A stretch of DNA of 32,884 nucleotides from a virus. The translations under genes and the position numbers were made by a program. The DNA is taken from the UHGV virus genome UHGV-2201191. The stretch is one strand, 5' to 3'. The notes under the pieces are model-generated. The model made no database searches. It was given only the letters and a program-made list of their open reading frames with translations, and was not told where the DNA came from. The first letter of the stretch is position 1, and each line of letters begins with the position of its first letter. Positions 17,144-25,339 of the stretch are shown here, piece after piece.

Positions 17144-17286
17144 TTCTTCTTCTCATCCTTTTGAGTGATGTTTCGCAAGATCCTCTTTGTGGTTCGCCGG
17201 CAACCCTCCACAATGCCAAGGCCGAAACAAGCGCCACCGAACATCACAGCCAGCAAGAAAAACACAAGCATCACGTTACCCGACAT
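17140..17286 (-). CDS. Small hydrophobic membrane peptide (48 aa), below the ORF-track cut-off
   Basis: Hand-translated: MSGNVMLVFFLLAVMFGGACFGLGIVEGCRRTTKRILRNITQKDEKKK. RBS AAAGGG upstream. Its stop overlaps the ATG of the RHH-143 gene. Confidence 0.35.
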   Translation of the reverse strand: MSGNVMLVFFLLAVMFGGACFGLGIVEGCRRTTKRILRNITQKDEKKK

Positions 17287-17351
17287 AGACGTAACCCTTT
17301 CTTGCTGAAAATTTATCTCCTAATACACTAATATTTAGCGCGTTATAATGC

Positions 17352-17364
17352 GGGGGGGGGGGGG
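17352..17364. repeat. Homopolymeric G13 tract
   Basis: Seen directly, about 65 bp upstream of the TM-peptide gene on the other strand, next to TATAAC/TAAATA -10-like elements. Confidence 0.9.
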
Positions 17365-17421
17365 TAATATTTCCTGTTTTTTCATGAGATTTGAAGCCTT
17401 GTGGCTCCGTTAAGACGATTT

Positions 17422-17622
17422 GTCATGACTTTCGCGTTCAGAGGATGACAAGTCATGACATTCCATTATTCCAAGGCTCCAAGATTGACGACTGCTGAAA
17501 ATGTGATATAAAAGTGCTTTCCTGAATAAGGATCCTTTCTATTCATTCTTTTTCCGCCTGCGTCGGGAGACGCGGGCGGTTTTTATGTGCGAGGGTTCAT
17601 TTTTTCTGTGTCATGACATGTC
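17422..17622. promoter_or_regulatory. Three copies of the palindrome GTCATGAC in the int-upstream non-coding region. The third copy is a 10-bp palindrome TGTCATGACA overlapping GACATGTC.
   Basis: Seen at 17422..17429, 17452..17459 and 17610..17617. Confidence 0.6.
17554..17585 (+). terminator. Intrinsic terminator-like hairpin plus T-run in the non-coding region
   Basis: CCGCCTGCGTC ggga GACGCGGGCGG followed by TTTTTA. No plus-strand protein gene lies upstream. Confidence 0.45.
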
Positions 17623-17801
17623 TCCCTTTACATACTCCTGCATCCGTGGATGCGGCTTTCTGGCGGTGCTATACGGTATGCTGTACAGGTGACCCGTTAA
17701 AAACTTATGAACAAGACACTAAATCCCGTACGCGATGCCAATTTTCGTCAGCACACGACGGAATGGGCCTTGATTTTCCTACGTTTTGCGCAGTTTTGAG
17801 C

Positions 17802-17870
17802 GCACCTGAAAGCACCTGACAGAAAAAAGTACCCTGTACATGCGACTGTACCTTGTCTAAGGACTGTACA
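17802..17870 (+). promoter_or_regulatory. Direct repeats immediately upstream of int
   Basis: GCACCTGA occurs twice with 10-bp periodicity. Three copies of CTGTAC(A) lie at 17834, 17846 and 17864. The last ends 6 nt before the int ATG. Confidence 0.45.
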
Positions 17871-17875
17871 GCACT

Positions 17876-19063
17876 ATGGCAGGCATCATCAAACGCAACA
17901 ATAAATGGGTGGCCGTCTTCCGGTCTCTGGACGGAAAAGAGCTGCGGAAAACCACCGGAATCGACGTGGTTCCCAGGGCGCTTCTCCCAGGAGCGAATAA
18001 AAAATCGGTCATGTCCCAGAATGAAGCGCGGGCGCGTCTCGTCGCCCAGGAGATGGAGAAGGAAGCCCGCTATGGGGTTTTTGACCTGGACAAGGTGAAG
18101 GCCATTGCCGGAGATCAAGCGGGCGTGCTGAAAGCCACCATGAACGGCATGACGGTGAGCCGGTTCCTGTTTGACTGGCTGGATGGACGGAAAAACAAGA
18201 AGCGGGCCTATGAGCGGGACGGCATGGCCGTCCGCCGGCTGCTGGCGTACCTCGGAGACCGACGGAATATGCCCCTGGCCGCCTTGAATAAAGGCATGGC
18301 TAAAGATTTTGTAGAAACTGAATTAGAGCGCGTTTCCGCAGGCACCGTCATCCGCTACGTGTCCACGCTTTCCACGGCGTTCAATGCCGCTGTAGACCGG
18401 GAGATCCTTTCCCGGAATCCGTTCCGGGGCGTCATGCCTTCCCGGTCGGACCACCAGGCGGAAAAGCAGCTGCGCGGCGCGTTCACGATGGAGGAAGTAA
18501 ATACCATCATTGAATGCTTTCCCGACGAATGGCCGGATCTGGTGCGGGTGTGCCTCTACACCGGAGGCCAGCGCCTCGGAGACCTGGCGACGCTGAAATG
18601 GGAGCAGATTGACTTGAAGAACTCCTTCCTGTTCATGACCACGCAGAAGAGCCGGCGCCGCATGAACAAACCGATCATCCAGCCCTTGAAAGAGGTGTTG
18701 GAAAGGCGTCTGCTCAACCGGGTGAACGATTACGTGTTCCCTTTGGCGGCACTTCGCCATGCCCATGCGGGCGGGCGTTCCGACAAGCTTTCCACGGAGT
18801 TCACCACACTCTTGAAAACGTACGGAATCATCCGCGAAATGCCCGGGGAAGTAAGAGGCGACCGTCACCGGCTTTCGGAAAAGAGCTTCCACAGCCTCCG
18901 GGCGACCGCCGTGACCGTCCTGCGCCTGTCCGGGGTGTCCCCGGATTTATGCCGCTTCATCGTCGGACACGATTCCGAAGAAATTGAAAGGGTCTATTTC
19001 CGTCCGGATTCTGCGGACGTCCAGGCGGCCATGAGCAAGATCGCAGTCGGCGTGGCCCGTTAG
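17876..19063 (+). CDS. int: Tyrosine recombinase / phage integrase
   Basis: N-terminal arm-binding-like domain (MAGIIKRNNKWVAVFRSLDGKELRKTTG). C-terminal catalytic motifs HSLRAT, VGH and RVYF (Tyr). Confidence 0.9.
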   Translation: MAGIIKRNNKWVAVFRSLDGKELRKTTGIDVVPRALLPGANKKSVMSQNEARARLVAQEMEKEARYGVFDLDKVKAIAGDQAGVLKATMNGMTVSRFLFDWLDGRKNKKRAYERDGMAVRRLLAYLGDRRNMPLAALNKGMAKDFVETELERVSAGTVIRYVSTLSTAFNAAVDREILSRNPFRGVMPSRSDHQAEKQLRGAFTMEEVNTIIECFPDEWPDLVRVCLYTGGQRLGDLATLKWEQIDLKNSFLFMTTQKSRRRMNKPIIQPLKEVLERRLLNRVNDYVFPLAALRHAHAGGRSDKLSTEFTTLLKTYGIIREMPGEVRGDRHRLSEKSFHSLRATAVTVLRLSGVSPDLCRFIVGHDSEEIERVYFRPDSADVQAAMSKIAVGVAR

Positions 19064-19079
19064 CCTCCTTTCCTGCCCC

Positions 19080-19120
19080 GATCATGTTGTTGACGTCAAC
19101 AAGATGATCCGTCTTCGTTT
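19080..19120 (+). terminator. 30-bp near-perfect palindrome GATCATGTTGTTGACGTCAACAAGATGATC followed by a T-rich tract. Likely the int terminator, possibly part of attP.
   Basis: Two mismatches in 30 bp, centred on GACGTC. It lies between the convergent int and GT genes. Confidence 0.5.
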
Positions 19121-19851
19121 TGCGGGAAACGGCAGCGGAACAAGGCGTCCATTGCGCGGGCCCGCTCGGATTTCGGGATGTTCGTGGGACGCGGGTTGCC
19201 GAAGGTAACCATCCAGAAATCCGCGTATTTCTGCGGAGTCACGGCGATGCTGAACCAGTTCCACGCCGTCCACTTCCCTTCCCGGTAAAAGGGCGTCCAG
19301 GGTTCATCAAGGCGGATTTGTTCCGGGGGAAAGTGATTCTGAACCGCCCGGCAGATGGTGAGGTCTTCCGGTGCGAGCGGAGGAAGGTCAGCCTGTTCCA
19401 GCTCCTTCGCCGCCAGTCTGGCCGCCTGTCCGCTGATGGCGTAACACGGCCCATAGGCGGAACGTTCGGAAGGATGGCTGGGGACCTGGTATCCGGAGGC
19501 GTGAAGAGCCAGCCCATGGCGCTGCATGTCTCGGATCCAGTCGCCCGACAACAGGAGCGTGTCGGAGTCGATTTTGACAATAATGTCGTGGTCTCTCGCT
19601 CCACGGGCCAGCGTGGAAATGATGCCACGGACGCAGTCCGGCCCGCGCAGGTTGCCGCAGCGGGGGAAAGAACTCCGGCGATACCGCGCCCCATGCGCTA
19701 CAAGGTCCCTCCTGGCCTCCGGGGGCACCGGGGCGGCGCTGTCGTCCACCACCGTGATGACGGCTTCGGGGAGGGCCGCTGCAGCGCACCGGACGCAGAC
19801 GAGAGCTTCATCGGCGTCGCCGGCATAGGTGAATAGGTAAATTCTGATCAT
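19096..19851 (-). CDS. Putative GT-A fold glycosyltransferase (family-2-like)
   Basis: N-terminal IYLFTYAGD...VITVVDDSA and a KIDSDT DXD-like motif. It is the last gene of the late operon and abuts the int/att region. Confidence 0.45.
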   Translation of the reverse strand: MIRIYLFTYAGDADEALVCVRCAAAALPEAVITVVDDSAAPVPPEARRDLVAHGARYRRSSFPRCGNLRGPDCVRGIISTLARGARDHDIIVKIDSDTLLLSGDWIRDMQRHGLALHASGYQVPSHPSERSAYGPCYAISGQAARLAAKELEQADLPPLAPEDLTICRAVQNHFPPEQIRLDEPWTPFYREGKWTAWNWFSIAVTPQKYADFWMVTFGNPRPTNIPKSERARAMDALFRCRFPQNEDGSSC

Positions 19852-19863
19852 GATGTTGTCTGA

Positions 19864-22008
19864 TTAGGCTGGCCCGTAGGGGTAGAAGGTTCCTCCGAAG
19901 ACCGGGATCTGTATCATTCCCATGGCGTATTGCGTCACCTGGTCATCTTCGATGTCGGCAATCAGGAAGGAATAGTCGAAGTTAACGCCCGGTTTTTCTT
20001 CGGCAAGCCTGATTGGGTACACCGTCCCCGGAATGCCGGAGACGTCAACGCCTGTCAATTTGGCGTCCTGGTCGAATTGGACGTTGAGCCATACTTCCCC
20101 GCTGGTTTGGGTGAGCTGCACCCACGAGGATCCGGAACTGCCCCCCTGCGGGTATTTGCCGAGCAGATTTCCGTTCAGATAGAGCGCGCCGGGCTTGATT
20201 TGCGCCCCGGTGACGGCTCCCTCCGTATCTTTCTGCACCCGCACCTGGAAGCCGTATTCCGGAGCGGGCGTGGCTTCCCCGGTGGACTTGGTAATATGCT
20301 GGCTGATGGTCGGAGATTCCGGCTTGGGGTCAAAGGCGTATTCCGTCGATTCCGGCGCGCCCTGCATGTTTTCAAGCGTGGAAGACTCGCGAGATTTGGC
20401 GTTGATGCTCCTCAATCTTATCCAGTCTTCAATGCTTAAATAGTTCAAAGCTCCATAGGACAACGTAATGACGTTGGTCTGCAGGTCGCGGTTCACCGTC
20501 TGGATCATGGTGTTGATACTCTGCCATGCGGGGTTTCCTCCCAGCAGCGAGACGCGGCGGCCCATGTATTGCTGCGTTTGAGCATCCCCCAGTGCGACAA
20601 AGGATATAGAGCCGTCCCAAGGCAATTCCTGCATGGATTCCCACACCGTTTTGGCAATGTCCCCATAGGGCACACCTTCCGAGGGAGTCCCAGATTCCCC
20701 TTCTTCCGGCCCGTTGGAGGGCTGCTCCCCGTTGTAGATGCCGTCGATGGGGTAGCTCGCAAAGGGGCGGTCCATGGTGACCAGATCCACCGAGAATTCT
20801 TCCCAAAAGCAGGGCACACCCTGCAAGGTCCCCACATTCTTGAATTTCTCCCGCCACTTGGCAGGGGCGCTTTCCGGGATGGCGAGACGCTGCTTGATGG
20901 TGGCATTGCACCACTGCGGCCTGATGGATTTGGTATGAATTTGCCCATCCGTCAGTTCATAGCCCGTGGCCGTGGTATTATAGCCTTTCGGTTTGTCTTC
21001 CTCCGTTCCGTCCCAGGGCTTCCCAGTGATGACAGGCTCCTGATCATAGGCCGCGAGGGCGTCCACGTCTTTCATCCACGGGAAATGATTTTTCCAGAAA
21101 CTGTTGATCATGTCGTTCTGGTCAATCCGGGTCCCCGTCACTTTCATGCGCTGGTAGGACAGGCTGCCGGCCCTGGTTCCCTGTACCGGTTGAGGATCTT
21201 CTACCGGTTCCCCTGTAGAATTATACTTAGAATAATAGAAGTCTACGGACGTTCGGTAAACGATGGAGTGCGGTAAGGTCGGATCGCCGTCTTCCGGGTA
21301 TTTGGACAGGTAAGAGACGCGATAGCCGTTGCTTCCGGTAGTTTCCGCGACAATCGCCACGCAGGGAGGCACGAGGTCGGCCCGGGGGACCAGGGATACA
21401 TCCATGGACTTGATTGTCGTCGTCGGCTGCAATGGCAGGGAGATAGGCGACAGGGCGTCATAGTCCGTGATGACCAGCTTGGGCCGCGCGCCGCTGTAGT
21501 CGTAGTACGTGACCATGCGGGGCGACCAGTGGCGGATGGATTGGAGCAGACTTCCAAGGGTGTCGCATGAGGCGTTCCACGGGATCAGCATTTTGTCGTC
21601 GCTGATCCGCAGTTCGTAGTCCGCGGGGTGGTGTTTGGCCAGATTCAGCACCCGGGAAAGGGCGGAGGAAATGCTTATTTTGGGGATGATGCCACCCCCG
21701 CCACTGGTTTTGCGCCACATGGAAAAGACCGGCTTCCATTCGGAATCCAGGGCAAAGCAGTTGTCCAGGTAATACCAGGGATCGGAAAAGACGATTTTCC
21801 AGGCACGGGATGAGCCGCTGTAGGTCTTTTCGATGCTGGAAACGAGGCCCGCAAGAATGGTGTTCCCGTTTTGGGAGATGGTGACGGTGTCGAATTGCTG
21901 GAAGGGCAAGACCTCGTCCAGGGCGCGGACGGGATAAACCGCGGTAATGGTGGAGGTGGAAAAGCTTCTTTGAGAGTGATTGAGGCTCGACGGTTTGAGA
22001 GCCAGCAA
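19864..22008 (-). CDS. Large distal tail protein (714 aa): tail tip, host-specificity or baseplate-hub-like
   Basis: Size and position. It is the next structural-size gene after the TMP, with the GYF/TM gene in between. Confidence 0.45.
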   Translation of the reverse strand: MLALKPSSLNHSQRSFSTSTITAVYPVRALDEVLPFQQFDTVTISQNGNTILAGLVSSIEKTYSGSSRAWKIVFSDPWYYLDNCFALDSEWKPVFSMWRKTSGGGGIIPKISISSALSRVLNLAKHHPADYELRISDDKMLIPWNASCDTLGSLLQSIRHWSPRMVTYYDYSGARPKLVITDYDALSPISLPLQPTTTIKSMDVSLVPRADLVPPCVAIVAETTGSNGYRVSYLSKYPEDGDPTLPHSIVYRTSVDFYYSKYNSTGEPVEDPQPVQGTRAGSLSYQRMKVTGTRIDQNDMINSFWKNHFPWMKDVDALAAYDQEPVITGKPWDGTEEDKPKGYNTTATGYELTDGQIHTKSIRPQWCNATIKQRLAIPESAPAKWREKFKNVGTLQGVPCFWEEFSVDLVTMDRPFASYPIDGIYNGEQPSNGPEEGESGTPSEGVPYGDIAKTVWESMQELPWDGSISFVALGDAQTQQYMGRRVSLLGGNPAWQSINTMIQTVNRDLQTNVITLSYGALNYLSIEDWIRLRSINAKSRESSTLENMQGAPESTEYAFDPKPESPTISQHITKSTGEATPAPEYGFQVRVQKDTEGAVTGAQIKPGALYLNGNLLGKYPQGGSSGSSWVQLTQTSGEVWLNVQFDQDAKLTGVDVSGIPGTVYPIRLAEEKPGVNFDYSFLIADIEDDQVTQYAMGMIQIPVFGGTFYPYGPA

Positions 22009-22059
22009 ATCATTAATGGTGATGTCGTGGTTCCTGCTGCTTGTAAAAAGGTTAAGGTT

Positions 22060-22650
22060 CTATTTATTCCTGTCCTGCATGTTTTTCAAGATATGGACGC
22101 ATTCCGCAATCCGGTCGTAAATTTGCCCCATCCACAGGAAAAACATTAACGAAAAGAATCCAGATAAAAGACAGGCAATGGACAAACCGACCAATTCATT
22201 TGCTATACAAACAAAAAATCCGATGATTCCAGCAACAGCTACAAATCCCCCTATCATAGGGAAATAATAACCTATAAGGGTTGTCTGACTCGTTTGTTTT
22301 TGTTTTTCGGTGGCTGCTGGTTTCATTTTATAGATTCTTATTGCACCAATGATTAAAAGGCAAACAACACCTATCTCTAACAATAAGCCTACTAATCCTA
22401 CATAACCAATGATGGCAACAATAACAACAATTAATGCTACTATCCCTATCCATTTGATGCCAGTTAAATATGACGGTAGTTGATTACTACGATATTTTGC
22501 TACCACTTTCTCGAACTCTTCCCATTCTTGCCCCCCCTCTTGAAAAATCATGGTTTTCGCGTTGATCTTTTTCTGGGAGAAATAATCTTCCAGCACCTCC
22601 ATCGAAACCGGACCTTCCGTTTGTCCCTCGGACGTATAGAAATAATACAT
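22060..22650 (-). CDS. GYF_2 (DUF4339)-like N-terminal domain fused to a 4-TM membrane domain, in a low-GC island
   Basis: MYYFYTSEGQTEGPVSMEVLEDYFSQKKINAKTMIFQEGGQEWEEF matches the GYF_2 pattern. Four hydrophobic helices follow. GC content is visibly lower than the flanks. Confidence 0.55.
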   Translation of the reverse strand: MYYFYTSEGQTEGPVSMEVLEDYFSQKKINAKTMIFQEGGQEWEEFEKVVAKYRSNQLPSYLTGIKWIGIVALIVVIVAIIGYVGLVGLLLEIGVVCLLIIGAIRIYKMKPAATEKQKQTSQTTLIGYYFPMIGGFVAVAGIIGFFVCIANELVGLSIACLLSGFFSLMFFLWMGQIYDRIAECVHILKNMQDRNK

Positions 22651-22683
22651 GTCCCCATTCTGATACGTGATTATCCAAAAATG

Positions 22684-25017
22684 TCAAGATACGAACCAGC
22701 CTGCCACCATATTGAGACCGGTTTTCTGTGCCTGGGACTCTTTTTCGAGCCGTTGAACTCGTGCCTCCATGGATTTGATCGCGGCACGATATTGATTTCC
22801 GTCGGAAGATCCCTTTTCTACCAGGGCAATGATGCGTTTCACTAAATCAAGCGTTTGTGCATAGGTGATTTTATTCTCGCCTCTTGAGGACAGCTCCTGC
22901 ATTAATTTTTTCGAGAGAACCTCCATTTCGTTCTCGGTGACCCTGTTATCCTTGAAAGCGTCTTTGATGTACCTGATGATGGCACTATAGGCTTCATTAA
23001 TATTGGACTTTCGTTCCCGCGCTCTTCCGCTGACATCTTTATCGGGGCTTGACAAGGCGTCGGTCAACGATTTGCTGAATCCGGCCAGGTTAACGTTCTC
23101 GATGATATTGTCACGTTTGTCCCTCTGGTTCTTGGTTCGCTCTTTGAGCCTGGAGATTTCCTTTTTCAGTTCACGGACTTCGTTTTCCCTTTCCCGTATC
23201 TGATCTTTGATAGCGTTTTCATTCTCCTTCTGTGCCTGGACAATCCTTTTTTGCTGTTCCACAGCCTCGTTCCTCTCCCGCTGCGCTTCGTCAATTTTTT
23301 CTTCGGAAGCATTTATTTTTCGGACTTCTTCAAGCTGTTGCGTGCTTGTAGTTAAAGATTTCTCCGCTTCCGTTTGATCTTCTATCGCCTTTTTAAGCGA
23401 TTCCTGCGCCTGTTCTACCGCTTTGTCTCTGTTCTTATATGCTTCACGCAACGCATCATCCGTGCTGACGTCATATCCTGCATCGACAAGAGCGTTATCA
23501 GAAGCCGTCCTTTGGTTTCTTAAGGCGTTCAGGCGATCTAACTGCACCCTGCCATTTCCTATGGATAGAACGTCTTCCATTAACTTTGGAGCCGTTCTAA
23601 AGACGTTGGAATTATGTGCACTAACTCCTTGAAAAAATGTATTTTTTAAAACACTTGTATTACCTCCATTTTCAATTAATTGCTTAATCCAACCTTGAAG
23701 ATCGTCGTCTGATATTCTTCCAAATCCCTTAAAATTTCCTGTTAGTTCAGCGGCATTCCGTGTGGTTTTGGCTATAGAAAGCAAGTTATCAAATATTTGT
23801 TTTTCCGCATTAAGGATTTCGCCATTGAGCTTTTCCCGTTCCTGGTAGGATAAAATATTCTGGTCCTGCAATCCTCCCAAACGTTCGCTGTTTCTGTTGG
23901 TGGCTTCGGTTTTTGACGCTAAATCCCTTTCCGCGTTAGATACATTGATTCTGGCGGATTCTTCCTGTTCTTGTCGATGCCGGGCACGGGCTCGAAGTCT
24001 GATGTCTTCCTGTTTGCCTTCAAAGAACAAACGCGCGGAAAAACTTTCAGGATCGCCGAACGCCCCGCTATAGTAATCAGTTTCCAGTTTCAACAAATCC
24101 GCCTGATCCTGATTGTCCAGAATCTTTGATTGCAGGTCCAGCAAACGCTGCTGCTCCCGTACAGATTCTTTTAATGCCTGGGCTTCTTCTTTTCGGTTTC
24201 CTGCTATTTTTGCCGTCAAATCATTGGACGTCTTTAAAGCTGCCTCGTTATTGAAGGACGCGACGATTTCCTGGGATTCCTTAATGGCTTCATTTTGTTG
24301 TTCAAGGGCCTTAGCGAGTTCTTTGGATTTTGCTTCCGTGTTTCCCATCCACTCGTAAAGCTTCGCTCCGGCTAACACGGCAATGGAGACAGCCCCGGCC
24401 AGCCCTGCCCCGCCTCCGAAGCCCATCACAAGCCCCGGAATATTGTTCAGGATGCCCTTGATGCCATACTGCACGTCATCCATGAAATAGGCAACCTGCA
24501 GCATTCCCTGCCCCATATTCTTCACGCTCCGGGTTGCCTGCTGGCTGTTTCGGTCGAGCTGGTTCGACGATTGCGCGACTTTTTTTTCTGTCAGAGCGAC
24601 TTTTTCCGCTGCCTGCGCTTGCCGTTCCTGCGCCTTGGTCAACGCATCAATCCTCCTTTCCAGTTCCTGAATATTCTTCAGGGCTTTTAACCGGTCGGGA
24701 TGATTTTCCAGCTGCGTTGCTTTCTGCAGAACGGCCTGATATTGCTCCAATTCCGCAACAAGTTCCTCCAAGGCGGCTTTTTCTCTTCTTCTGGCTTGTT
24801 CGATAGCATCCGCGGCCTCCTTAGCTTTCTTCTGCCTGCGTTCTTCCGCCTGCACTTCTTTTTCGGCCGCTTTGGACTGTTCATCAGCAGTGGCTTTTCC
24901 TCCGGAAGATGAATTCCCGGCATTTTTCAGGGATTCAATTTGTTTGCGAGCTTCATCAATACCCTTATTGTCAACGGAGTACTTAACATCTACTTCAATT
25001 TCTTTCTTGATGGCCAT
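22684..25017 (-). CDS. Tail tape measure protein (777 aa)
   Basis: Long coiled-coil-rich protein with a Gly-rich hydrophobic segment MGFGGGAGLAGAVSIAVLAGA. A chaperone-size gene precedes it. Confidence 0.8.
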   Translation of the reverse strand: MAIKKEIEVDVKYSVDNKGIDEARKQIESLKNAGNSSSGGKATADEQSKAAEKEVQAEERRQKKAKEAADAIEQARRREKAALEELVAELEQYQAVLQKATQLENHPDRLKALKNIQELERRIDALTKAQERQAQAAEKVALTEKKVAQSSNQLDRNSQQATRSVKNMGQGMLQVAYFMDDVQYGIKGILNNIPGLVMGFGGGAGLAGAVSIAVLAGAKLYEWMGNTEAKSKELAKALEQQNEAIKESQEIVASFNNEAALKTSNDLTAKIAGNRKEEAQALKESVREQQRLLDLQSKILDNQDQADLLKLETDYYSGAFGDPESFSARLFFEGKQEDIRLRARARHRQEQEESARINVSNAERDLASKTEATNRNSERLGGLQDQNILSYQEREKLNGEILNAEKQIFDNLLSIAKTTRNAAELTGNFKGFGRISDDDLQGWIKQLIENGGNTSVLKNTFFQGVSAHNSNVFRTAPKLMEDVLSIGNGRVQLDRLNALRNQRTASDNALVDAGYDVSTDDALREAYKNRDKAVEQAQESLKKAIEDQTEAEKSLTTSTQQLEEVRKINASEEKIDEAQRERNEAVEQQKRIVQAQKENENAIKDQIRERENEVRELKKEISRLKERTKNQRDKRDNIIENVNLAGFSKSLTDALSSPDKDVSGRARERKSNINEAYSAIIRYIKDAFKDNRVTENEMEVLSKKLMQELSSRGENKITYAQTLDLVKRIIALVEKGSSDGNQYRAAIKSMEARVQRLEKESQAQKTGLNMVAGWFVS

Positions 25018-25038
25018 GGTGGTCGGGATGGTAGGGTG

Positions 25039-25320
25039 TTATCGTTGAGCGCGGACTTCTTCGATGACGAAAGCGGGCAAATTCCCGGACGTGAGCGCCG
25101 TCCGGGATTCTTCCACGCGTTTCTGCAGGAATTCCAGCATCATCATATCGCGGATGATGACGCCGAAGGCATGGGAAGGATTGACGCCGGCGGATTCCGC
25201 AGCCTCAAAGACGCCTTCACGCATCTCCTGCGCTGCCTGTTTCAGATTCGGGGTCTTGTTGCATTCTTCGGCGAATTCAATGAAAAGCCGTTCAATTCCG
25301 TGTTCTTGTTGTTCGTTCAT
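25039..25320 (-). CDS. Putative tail assembly chaperone (93 aa from ATG 25320)
   Basis: Small acidic helical protein immediately upstream of the TMP gene. Assigned by position only. Confidence 0.35.
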   Translation of the reverse strand: MNEQQEHGIERLFIEFAEECNKTPNLKQAAQEMREGVFEAAESAGVNPSHAFGVIIRDMMMLEFLQKRVEESRTALTSGNLPAFVIEEVRAQR

Positions 25321-25339
25321 GATGATGGTTGATATGTTG

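Noticed and set aside
17043-17331. ORFs 17043..17237 (-) and 17131..17331 (+)
   Set aside because: They overlap the coupled TM-peptide/RHH genes in other frames and have no support.
18323-18892. 189-aa minus ORF inside the integrase gene
   Set aside because: It is fully antisense to int, whose catalytic motifs are present.
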